From positions 868,001 through 932,000 of the forward strand of contig CATNEN010000002.1 of NCBI GenBank assembly GCA_950097015.1: 64,000 nt of DNA, written 5' to 3'. The stretch comes from Macrostomum hystrix (lineage: Eukaryota > Animalia > Platyhelminthes). Positions within the stretch are counted from its first letter, which is position 1. Each line of letters starts with the position of its first letter. The position numbers and the translations under genes are program-made. Positions 35,497 to 46,600 of this stretch are shown here, piece after piece. The notes beneath the pieces are model-generated. The model made no database searches and was not told where the DNA came from. It worked only from the letters and a program-made list of their open reading frames with translations.

Positions 35497-38400
35497 ATGC
35501 CCCCGCAGATCATAGATCGAATGGCATCCACATTATTGCACGTAACAAACGTGGAGGAGCATCGAAGCGCTCAGCAACAGCAACAGCAGCAGCAACAGCA
35601 GCAGCAGCAGCAGCAGCATCAGCCGACACGGCAGCATCGTCGAGCCACGGTTCACGCCGATCGGGACCTTCTAACAGTCGGCAGGGCTTTCGAAGCTTCA
35701 TCCGGAGACAGCGCCAATCATTCTAGACGACGCCGGTCGGCTCGCAGTGGCAGCGGCGGCAGCGGCGGAGGCCTGATCGACGATAGCGAACCCGTTGACG
35801 ACGAGTTCGACCTTTTCTGCCGCTTGGCCAACAGTCCAACAGGCCTCAGTTCGTCACCGCGGCATTTTCCTTCATCGAGTCCGAGAGCACAGCCAGAGTG
35901 CCTGCTGAGCGGCGTTCATTGGGCCGAGATCGACGACAACAGCGCCTCGCCCAGAGACGAACAGCAGCAGCCCGCCGATTGGATCGTTGGCTGGGGGCTC
36001 CGTCAGGTGGACGAAGAAGGTTCGAACTTCGCAGGTCAGGCGTCGGCAGAGGAGTTTCAAGGCAGCTGCGTTGGCAGCGAACAGACACCAGCTGGCCTGC
36101 CGTGCGGCATCATCAAGCAACGACCGAATTCGGATCGGCGCCGAGAGTCGGCTGCTCCGACGCTTCTCTCTGCTCCTGGTGTTGGGGCCACCAACTCGAC
36201 GTCGATTTCGAGCTTCGCCGCTTCGAGCTGTCGACCACGCGCCTGCAGCACCGGCATGGCTGGCTTGTCCACCGGCGGTTCTGGGAACATGGGCGTCGGC
36301 CGTGGACGCCGACCGAATCACAGCAGCGTCAAGGAGCGGCGCAACGATTTTGAAACGCTGGAGTTGCCACAGCAGCAGCAGCAGCAACAGATCTTGCGAG
36401 TGCGCAGCTTTCGACGAACCAAGCACGGCCTAGTGAACCAGGGCGACTCTGTGGTCAGCGGTCGGAGCAACAGCAGCCTCAACGGCAGCTCGCCGACCAG
36501 CAGCGAACAGGAGCTGCGAGCAGCTCATCAGGCCGCCGCCGCAGCAGCTGCTGTTGCTGCAGCTGCGGCGGCAGAACGACGACGCAGCAGCGGCAGCGCT
36601 TCTGCCGGCTCGGCTGCAGCCGCTGCCGCAGCTGCTGCGACTGCTGCTGCTGCTGCCGCTGTCGCCGCCGTCGCCGCCGCAGCAGTTGACGGAAGTGGCT
36701 TGTGCAGCGGTGGACTTCCGGACCATTCCTGCCAGTCATATCGGGTGCAGGTGATGGGCGCGCCAAGGGTGGGCAAGTCGACGCTGTGCTCACAGTTTAT
36801 GTCGTCGGAGAATCAGGTGCTGGACTCAGGGGCAGGTGAGTTCAAGTGTAAAGTACTTTTAGAGCCGTCGTGTTTGTTCGCATTGTTTCCTAATAATTCC
36901 AGACGACGATTATTTGGACGAGTCCAAGGAAAAGTTCGTCACTGTACTGCTTGACGCTGACGAATATCACATGACCTTTCTGGACACGGAAGCTGTCGAC
37001 GATCCGATGGTGAGATTCGAACATTAGCAGCCCCCATTTCCCCATCATACCTGATGTTTATATGCTAAAAACTATCTCGAAATTTCAACAGTCCGGCGAC
37101 TTTGATCCGCGCAATGTAAGTTAGGCCTGAAGTGAACTCGGTGACTTCCCTCTCTGGTGATTGCGTGTAAAATACTCTTAGTTTACTGCGCTACTGGCTT
37201 TTGTTGTTGTCGCTTCCGCGATCTTGGTAAATGATATCATTATTTTTGTTTTATTTTATAAATGAAATTTTAATTTTGGTATCAAATTCGAGAAGAAGAA
37301 TGACAAATAATTGTCAAAATGTTATAACTGTTTGGTCTCTGGATTATTTTTGTCAAGCCTGTTTAAATTGTTATTGATCAGCGTTACTGTATATGTATTC
37401 GCAAATGCGTCGATTAGATATATTTTCAAAGAAAGTTGCATGAGCTAACACTTACGTTTATGTCACTTTACGCCAGGGTTTGGCAAACTTGTTTGCTGGC
37501 GGGCCAAAGAGAGAAGACGACAGTGGGCCGCATTGGCTGTAGAAATATGAGGTAGGGGATAGATAAGCCAGAGAATCGATGACAGGGGGAGATAAGAAAA
37601 TGGAGAGATGAGACACGGGAGAGATGAAACAGGATAATGTTGGTGTCGGAAGGGGTCGGACGGGCCGGATTTGGGAGCTTCGAGGGCCGCATCTGGCCTG
37701 CTGGCCAGAGTTTGCCGACCCTGCTTCGCACTTTATTCGTATTAATTTTACACAAAGTCGACTTGTGCTGAATAAATCAGTAAAATATTGCAATAGGGGA
37801 AGCAAAATTAATGGACTATCATCACCAACTTTTTTGCACTGAAATCACAGAGCATCATTGTGATGGACGTCGACGCCTACATGATCGTTTTCGCCGTTGA
37901 TAGTCGAAGATCGTTCGGCTTCGCCAAGCAGATATTCAACGAGTTGGTTAGCGAGGCCAGAAAGTCGTCGGCTCTCATCCTGGTGGCAAACAAATCGGAC
38001 TTGGTGCGCAACAGAGACGTCACGCACGAAGGTACAGTACTTGAGACATGGCATGAGCACATGCTAACACAGCGGTGTACATCTGCCCTGACTTTCAAGC
38101 GTCAGGCAGTGTACACTCTCATTGTGCCGTGGAGGTTGGCCCTCATGGGCGTAAATGGCGCGACAAGCCCCCAAGCCTTCTCTCCGGGGCTGCGCACCAA
38201 ATGAATGTGGAATCGAGCTAAGGGACCTTGGTGCGAGAAGCAAACGCGTTAGACCACTCCCTGCCACACCCCCGAGATTTTTTTCGGCTGCTCAGTGTTC
38301 CGCTTCCAATCTTAAGATTTGCACCACTCAAAAATTTTGCAAAGCCTTGAAATCAGCTGCTCATTTTCTCAAGTCTGATTGATCCAATTGAAAAAACGTT

Positions 38401-39309
38401 CCGTGTGTCACTCTTTGATTTCATTTTGTTTTTTTTCGCAGAAATTCACTCAGTGGTCCATCACCACTGAGAATTATCGATTTCCTTGGGAGCAGGACTC
38501 AGGAAACACTGCTGGGGCCAATCAAATGTCACACGGGGTAAAATTATTTGACCAAAGGAACTACATCATGTGAGGCTGCAGTATGATCAAAGACAATTGT
38601 TGACGCTCTACTTTCTTCAGGTTGCTGTCAAGGGCAATCAAGCAAAAGAATCTGTAGATTTTTTCTTTGACAAACTCAACTCATCGTAAATATCTCAAGA
38701 TCCTGTGATCAAGACAGACTGGAGCCAGTTTTTATCGATATTCAAAGGGAATAAGAGCATCGGATTTCTGAATAATGCAAGCGTAACTTCGTGGACTCTG
38801 AATTTGAAGTCTCTTTTTCAAAATGCCAAATTGCTTGAACTTTTTTATAAACAATATTATTCAGTTCAAGCTGCGCCCCGTGGTGAGTCTTCCGAAGTGT
38901 CACTTCCAGTCTCCCAAAGTACTTCACGCAGTGTCTCCCGAAGTATCACAGTCAGTGTATCCAGGTGTATTTTACCTAGTTCTCATTTTCTAACTCAGTC
39001 AATGTCAAATTGTCTCAACCAACAGAGGCGAAGAATCTTGCAAGTGTCTATGGCGCCAAGTACATCGAGATTTCCACCGCTCTGAATCACAATGTGGACG
39101 AGCTTCTTGTGAGCATTCTGTCCCAGATCAAGACCCAGCAGAAGAAGATCGAAAAGGAGAAGAGCAAACTTCTCAGCCGCGAGAGGGACGGTGGCCGTGG
39201 CCTTCGAGCATCTCTAAGATTGCGATCGCCTAGACAGGCGTTGGGAAACTTCTTTCGGAAGCACTTCTCGTCCAAGTCATGCGAGCAACTGGAGCCCAAG
39301 CAGGACTAA
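35497..39309 (+). CDS. RGK-family (Rad/Gem/Rem-like) small GTPase with a long low-complexity N-terminus; exons 35497-36835, 36903-37009, 37851-38031, 39026-39309, about 636 aa
   Basis: G1 GAPRVGKS; atypical G3 region FLDTE; DAYMIVFAVDSRRSF; G4 ILVANKSDLVRNR; G5 YIEISTALNHNVDELL. The basic C-tail ends SKSCEQL (RGK SKSCHDL-like). The introns are GT-AG and in phase. The start codon is uncertain. Confidence 0.88.
37474..37723. mobile_element. hAT-type MITE in RGK intron 2
   Basis: Termini CAGGGTTTGGCAAACT and AGTTTGCCGACCCTG, with the subterminal GGGCCGCAT/GGCC motifs typical of Charlie-like hAT MITEs. The flanks CTTTACGC and CTTCGCAC are not a perfect 8-bp TSD. Confidence 0.65.
38044..38270 (-). 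mobile_element. tRNA-derived SINE, copy 3, in RGK intron 3
   Basis: The minus-strand head GTGGCAGGGAGTGGTCTAACGCGTTTGCTTCTCGCACCAAGGTCCCTTAGCTCGATTCC has A- and B-boxes; the core is shared with the other copies. Confidence 0.75.
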
Positions 39310-40588
39310 GATTTTGATGATGAGGCTAGTGATGAAAATAAATATTTACTCCGGCGCACGGAAATTTGTTCGATGTTTTATATCACAATAAAGTAACTTT
39401 TCTTTTCGCTTCTCAGCATCCATTGTCTAAGCTTGTATTTGTTGGCAATTATTTAGCGATTAACATCTGCCATGCTTCTGTACATGTCTATTCAGAAAGT
39501 AAGACTGTAGAAACTACTCATAGCCTAGAAAAAACTATATTGACTACTTTTTGTTTGTTCGATGACCGAAGAGTAGAAGCGGGGTTGTGTGCGTTCATTT
39601 AACAAAGCACAAAATAGAATCGTCAAGCAAACTAGGATGCTCCAGTTATCGAGATCGATTTTTATTCAAACTCTACTACTCGCAATTGCCAAAGCGAGAT
39701 TTCTTCATCAGCCTGCATGAATTTATCGGTTTCATTTGTAACTCTAAAACCATTTAAAAGGACTTTGTTAATATGCCTCATTATTTTCAAGCAAATTAGT
39801 CTCACAATCCAATGCAACCCATAGTACAGTGGTTCCTTCTGTGTATTTTTTCATGGTGTCGCTTAGATCGCTTTTGCCCAGATTCATAAGCTATAATTCG
39901 CTTAAACGAAGTGTGTCCACCAGTAATATAGTTTTCTCTTGTGTGTTCCTTTTGAGATACGACTTTTTTTACTAAAGTGCATGATAAACAATTTCCCACG
40001 AAAACAACGAAGCGGTTTGGTTTGCAATTTCTGCAATAATAACCCCCACACTGTTGCACAATGTACTATATTAGTACATCAAATTGCTATATCGGTGATC
40101 AGCACATTCTATGCACATAATTGCACCAATGCAGTTTTTTGCACGAATTTATTGGCGTTTCAGCCCCTGAAAAATGTACCGTAGAACTGACTGTAGCCAA
40201 GTATCAATGTTCTAGTAGAAAATCTCTGCAGAAAAAACCATTTATGGGTGTCTGTTTAAAAATATCGTGTCAAGTTTATTTTTCTAAGATTTCGTCCTAT
40301 TTTGGCTGGAGAACGGCTGTCATTGTTTTTTTCAGTGGGTAAGTTGTTAGTATGTATTTAATTTACTACTTCACTACACTAACCAACAAGTTTTGACCGA
40401 CCAAATCATTTAAAACCCGAAAATAACTATTTTAAGTAAAGCGTCACTTTTTGTTTCTGGAAATTATCGTGTAAAAAACGAAGTCGCAATTACACTAAAG
40501 TTCGTTGTTTACTTAAATATTTGTTGTTTCAAAAGCAAGCCGGGTGCTTAGGCAGTCATTTTTTTCTTTTTTCTACCCTTTCGTAGTA

Positions 40589-41314
40589 TACTGTCTAACA
40601 AAAGTTCTTGTACGGTTGCTTCTGTTGCCTCTAGTATCCATAATTTCCATCCGATTCAAATGAAAATTAGTGCAAATGAAAGCTGGGAATCTCTGCAACA
40701 TTTTCTGTTTCACCGTATTTTTTATTCTGGAGTGGCTCGGAACAGCTTGCCGTTTAGCACAGACAGGTCGAATAGTGACAGAATGACATAGAGCAAGCAG
40801 TCTATGGCCAACTTTCTTCACGCGCTGACAAACTCCACAGAGTGTCTAGGAAGCCTTCTGTCGATCGATCGCTCTGTGTGTGGGGTTTGCTTCACTTCTT
40901 CACCCCAGGCGACATGTCTATGGCCTAAACTGTCGCACACTGTATAGCCCTGTGCTTTCTCGCAAAGTTCCATGACTTAACTTGCCCTTTCTGAGAGACA
41001 TGCCTGTTGTGAGCCAAGAAATTCGTTGGATAATCGTTTCGCTTCGAGAGGACGCAGGCTGGTCGCTTGCGTCGGTGAAGAAAGTTGGCCATAGACTGCT
41101 TGCTCTATGTCATTCTGTCACTTTTTTTATTCGACCTGTCTGTGCTAAACGGCAAGCTGTTCCGAGCCACTCCAGAATAAAAAAATACGGTGAAACAGAA
41201 AATGTTGCAGAGATTCCCAGCTTTCATTTGCACTAATTTTCATTTGAATCGGATGGAAATTATGGATGCTAGAAGCAACAGAAGCAACCGTAGAAGAACT
41301 TTTGTTAGACAGTA
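40589..41314 (+). mobile_element. Internally deleted Tc1/mariner element with TIRs of about 235 bp and a TA TSD
   Basis: TA|TACTGTCTAACAAAAGTT...AACTTTTGTTAGACAGTA|TA. 40589-40821 is the inverted copy of 41075-41314. The transposase-like start MPVVSQEIRWIIVSLREDAGWSLAS (ATG 41000) runs directly into the right TIR. Confidence 0.85.
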
Positions 41315-41585
41315 TAATTCATCCGTACACTGAGGTCACTGAAGCTTTTGCAAAGCAAGCAAAACTTAAAAAATCTCAGACAACTTCTAATAGAGAAGAG
41401 GAAAATTTTAAAGAAGGCATATAGAACTAATTAAAATGCTACCCTAAGAGCTCGTAGAACCAATAATATTAAGCTACAGTCAGAAGAATATGTGATGTGC
41501 ATATAAAATTTCTGTCAGTTCAAGTAAAGAAGCTCTGCATAGTACGTTCACACTCGTAAGTTAATTTAAGAATTTTTAAACGGCT

Positions 41586-42489
41586 TCAAAGGATGTTGCA
41601 AGCGGCAGACGATGAATCCGAGGCCTCTTCAGTGCCTGTTTCCAGTTGACGAACTTGAGCTGCAGTTGTCTGCTGCCGCAGAGACTGTTTTCTGCTTGAA
41701 AGATTCGGACAAAATTAAATAGGTTGATTGAAATCAAAAGCAAAATATAAGCTTGCAATCATGGCCGAACCTGGTCAGATTTCCGTCATTGCGACCATCA
41801 GCAGCTGCTCGGAACTCTTCTCGGCTAAAGGCGCCTCGCGTCTGCCTCCGTTGAAACTTTGCGTTGAGGCTGGCGTCGGCTTTCCGACCGTCGATGGCGT
41901 CGTCGCTCGGAGCGGCATCATTGTCTTCGGCAGCCACCACAGCAATGACTGGCGGCTCGCTGAAGGTGACATTCCGGTATCCATCATTAGCGTTGCTCTG
42001 TGGGACAGGCTGGTACTGAGGGTATTCAGTATCTTCCGCAGCCGGAGCCGGAGCCGACATGATGGCGTTTCCCTGCCTAGTCCTACTGATGAGCGGATCG
42101 TTGAAGAAGTGGTACTGGTCTAGCGAAGCTGTGCCCGGCTTGGACTGACGCAAGCCGCCCGGTCGTCTTCTAGAATTCTCCCGCTGCTGAAGCCCTTCGC
42201 TTCGATCGTCTTGACCGGCTAGCAGAAAATTTTCGTCGTACTCCAGACTCGGATAGATGATCTGGGGCGTGCCAAACTCGAGCACGACGGCACCCCTGTA
42301 GCTTGTGCTGCCAACCTGCTGTTTGTATCGGTCGCGAGCATCGGCCCGGCGGCGCTTCTCGAAGCGTTCCCACTGGCGGCATTTGTGCGGCAGGCCGCCG
42401 CTGCGCCAGCCGATGGGAAAAGGCGAAGGATGCCTCCCAAGCTGGCACACGACACACCGGTGGGTGACCGGGTCACGAATGTGCGGCAT
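41586..42489 (-). CDS. Unrecognised protein, about 275 aa if spliced (exons 42489-41771 and 41694-41586); Cys/His-rich N-terminus, predicted C-terminal CaaX (CNIL)
   Basis: A 251-codon non-repetitive ORF preceded by an acceptor-like TGAAGCAG. A phase-2 intron 41770-41695 (weak donor GTTCGG, acceptor TTTCAAG) gives SRKQSLRQQTTAAQVRQLETGTEEASDSSSAACNIL-stop. Confidence 0.55.
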
Positions 42490-43576
42490 TATACGACTGT
42501 GCCTGCTTCAGATAGGGTTAGTGAGGCCTTAACTCAAATTTTAAATGGCCACTGAGCAAACATCAAGCCAATTTTATACGCTGGTGAATCTCAAATAAAC
42601 GAATTAAAACAAATATACGCCTGTGTACTCTCGTAATGTCAGCTATGTAGTTTGATTCGTATTGGCTCTTTTGTTTAAATTCATGCCTATATAAAGCTAT
42701 AGAAAAAAGTGAATACTAATTGTTCTAAAACTATACGCAGGCAAATTTGCGCAATGTAAATAATATAAAGGCTTTGACTACAATTCAATATAAACACAAT
42801 AAGCGGTTCCTTTCCTAGAACGACTAATGAGCTATATCAAGTTTCAGAAATTAAAAAAACATATTTAAGTGGTCTTTTATTAGATGTAAAAAAATAACAT
42901 GGGTATCATATAATATATGTAGTGCAATGTCTTTTAACGTGAAAAATGCAATAAAATAATGTCAAATTAAGAATGAAAACCGATTCATCCTACGCAGATA
43001 ATTAGGGGTCTGTCAGACAAGCTACGTTGCTAGTCAATAAAGCAAAAATTACTGATACATCTCGTAAATGTAAATTATTACAAGAATTATATAGACTAAT
43101 TAAAACTATATGCGTGTTGGTTTTACTTTTTTAGCACTTACATGAAGCCAACCAACCATAATTATTTAAATATCGACGTACATGGAAATCTATACGGTTT
43201 TAAAGTAGAACTTAATTTTGTGACGTTGCGCAGATGATAAAAGCGATTTTTGTGTTGTCCTTAAAAGTAACAATTGGACTATAATTGATCACGTAAAATC
43301 AGATGTCCTTGACGATAAATTTCAAAATATTTATAATAGATAATGAGTATTACCACCATCTTGGCAGTCTAGGATTTTTGCTCGAATGTACACATGGAAT
43401 CAGATTTAGTGAACATCAACAGAAGCGTTACGGAAACAGAATCGATGGCCTACAGTTTAAAACAAAATAGAAATTACAGCTTTGTTATTGAGCATAAGAA
43501 TACAAATTTTTAGCTTGAGTAGCTACTATTAAAGATTTGATCTTATCTGATTTTGTAAATTTGCTAAATCACATAA

Positions 43577-43590
43577 CTCATCCTAGCAAC
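43577..43590 (-). promoter_or_regulatory. Imperfect RFX X-box (GTTGCTAGGATGAG on the minus strand), 95 bp upstream of the SPAG17 ATG
   Basis: One consensus half-site, GTTGCT/TAGCAAC; the other half is poor. Confidence 0.3.
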
Positions 43591-43684
43591 ATACTTACTA
43601 TACAAAGTTCAATATTAGTTAAGTTTTGCGATTTTCATAGTGAAATTATGTGGCTATACATTTTTGGATATTAAACTTCGCCAA

Positions 43685-46600
43685 ATGTCAAAGAAGAGAG
43701 GAAAGAGTGCATCGGGTCCATCAGGACCAACAAAATGGGAAACTGCACTCGCAAGCATGCCACTGAATGAGGTGACAATTGATATTTCCTATCAATAGTT
43801 TCTATTTGAAATTTTCGTCTTTATGGAGTTAGACGTTGTGTGTTTAACATTTCATGTAGTTTCACGAACTAACGTCTTATGTTTGGCACTCAAATGCTGT
43901 AGAGCAGCAAGCTTAAACTAAAAAAACATGAATATATATACATTTAAATAAGAAATACTATTGAACAATGAATAATCTTCAGAGAGAGCTTTTAAGTTAT
44001 CAGTAAATAAGACATTCATGTTTTTTAACTTCTATGCGCTATTAATTTAATCTAATAAATATAACTTTTAAAGAGTGTCTGATGTCACAAGTATGTATAG
44101 TGAAATTTTCGTCTTTATCTTACAAGACATCTAATGAAAATCAACTATTGGTTAAAAGAAAGTTTCTTTGAATTTTTATGCTAAGCCTAAGGAATAGCTT
44201 GTACTAGTAAGCATTTAATTTTTTATACTTGTATTTTGTCAACTATTTTAATAAAATACCTATATTAAAAAAAAATAGTGTATAGATATGTGATTTCATC
44301 TGAATCCTTGTCTTTCAACTACGAGAGAATTTTATTAAAACTAACCTCTTAAGTTCTTAAAAACAGCAAAATATTTGTACTCAATTGTACTCACTCAAAA
44401 TATTTGCCAACAATTTAATCGACTTTTTATTTATCTCACAAAAGCTTAAGAAAAAAACCAACCTTCCAGTGTCTAAAATTATTTTGTTTTAATAACACAG
44501 GATGGAGTGTGGGAGGCCTGCACTGCGCTGGTGCTAGGCAGGCACCTGGAGGACAATCAGTTCATCAGTGCACTGGGCCACACAATCCAAGGCGGATCCC
44601 GGAAGCTGTTCACCTTCGTGTCATTCGAAGACTTGATGAAAAATGTAAGCTAATGAATCATGCTTTAAAAGTTCTTACTAGACTCAATCTAAATTTTTCG
44701 ACACATTTCGTCTCTCCAATTCAGGTGCAAGACTTTGGCAATCCGAAAGCTAAAAAGGGCAAAGAGGCGCCGGCAAATTTTGAAGTCTGCGAGCCGTGCA
44801 AGGCCCACCTGGACGCTGGCGAGGAGATTCCCCTGCCCTTGCTGGCCCGTCTGGTGAAATTCCGCCTTCTCTGGGCCAAAACGGACGATTTGAAACGGCG
44901 CGAAGCTGAGAAGAAAGCAGCCGAGGGCGGCGGCGGCAAAGCCGGTGGCAAAGGCGGCGGCAAAGGTGCCGGCGCAGACAAGGGCGGCAAAGCCGGTGGC
45001 AAGGGCAGCGCCAAGGGCAAAGGCGCCGGCGGCAAGAAGGAGCCAGAGCCGGCGAGCGTCAAGGAGCAGTCCAAGATGTTCAAACGCGGCGAACCGGACC
45101 CGAGCGCTGTCAACATCAACGACGAGCCGGAGGATGGCACCCAGCTGTACATTGTGCTGACGGGATTCACGAATCCTCAGCTGCTGCCCTACCTGGCCGA
45201 GGTTGGCGCCTGCCCACAGCTGGTTGTCAAGGTGCAGGCGCAGGACTACGGAGTGTTCCGTCGGGAGAAAACGGACGAGCAATTGGAGCGGGAGCAGGAC
45301 GAGCGATTCAAGGGTGAGGATTGGGCGGATTGAGTGGCGATTCGGCAGAGTTTCCCGAGTTCGAATCCGCGAGTTAGCCTCAAAGACGCTTTGGGATTTG
45401 TTTTACGTTGTCCCATGAGGCACAGCAATGCTCATACGGATCAGAATTTCAGGAATAGTATAATTTTTTTTCGCAAGCCTAATATTACAAAGTGCATATC
45501 TGTATGTGTCACCTGGTTGACAAGTGTACTGGCTAATTGAACTGCTTAACTGATCAGGTCGAAAGAAAAATCCGACAGGAGTCACGGCAGCAGGTCGCGG
45601 TCTGCCACATCGCGACTCGAAGCTTTTAGCCGGTGTGTTAGTTGCCATGGCAACGAAGTAACTCGACGTGCAGACCTAATAGGCGAACCCATCCATAAAT
45701 ATGGTCATTGTTTGAGTGATATGAGTGAGCCACCATAAAGTCATTGTGCACTGTCGATTTTTGCCTTTTCTTGCACCAGAGTGTTACGTATTCTATTAAG
45801 AGCGTACTAACTATAATATGTAGGGCCTGCATTGTTCGTACACTAGAAAATTTATGAACCGTTTTTTGTCAGTTGTAAGCTGCAACGCTGAACTAGTTGA
45901 TTTGAAACCTTTAGTATTTTTATTTAATGATGAAGGCTCTTATGCTACAAAAGCTGCTGAGAAGGTCGGGTACAATATAGGGAGAATATCGAGTAGACTA
46001 TAGCTCAGCTACTGAGAAGATTGAGTAGACAATAGCTAGCTAGTTTCGGTGAGGGTTGAGTAGCTACTGTGAAGAAGATTAAGCATACAAAGCTCCCTAT
46101 CTCCCCATCCTGCAGCCCAAGAGGAGGAGCGGCGCGCCAAGGAGTCGGTGGAGCGAGCCGCCCTCGCCCAGTTCTGGCTGGACTCTCGACTGGTTCTGCA
46201 ATCGTCCCGACGCCTTCGCGACGTCGCCCTGTACGAGTACACAGTCAGCAGCCTGCTGGTGCCTAGACAAGGTGCCGACGATACCGAACCGGACGCTGTA
46301 GCAAAATTCGGAGCCGCATTGTTCGACGATGTTGCTGAGCTGATGTACAGCTTCTTGGACAAGAGGCGGCAGTGGCGCGCCTACTTGACCCACCAGCGTC
46401 TGCACCGAGTGCCGGAGATGCCGCGGCCAGACCCGGCCGCTGGGGACGACTTGCCAGCAGAGGAGGCGGCGCAAGCTGGCGAGGAGGCAAATGCTCAGGT
46501 TGGTGTCAGCTGGCGATAGTTGGTCTCTCGGCACTTTCTCACACGGGACCTTCATGGAGCTTGTCGCCCCTATGTCCAGAGGTTTAAACTTCTAACCGAG

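Noticed and set aside
35280-36793. Many overlapping and antisense ORFs across RGK exon 1, and likewise across SPAG17 and HELZ2 exons
   Set aside because: They are the expected by-products of GC-rich, GCN/CAG-rich coding sequence, with no independent motifs.
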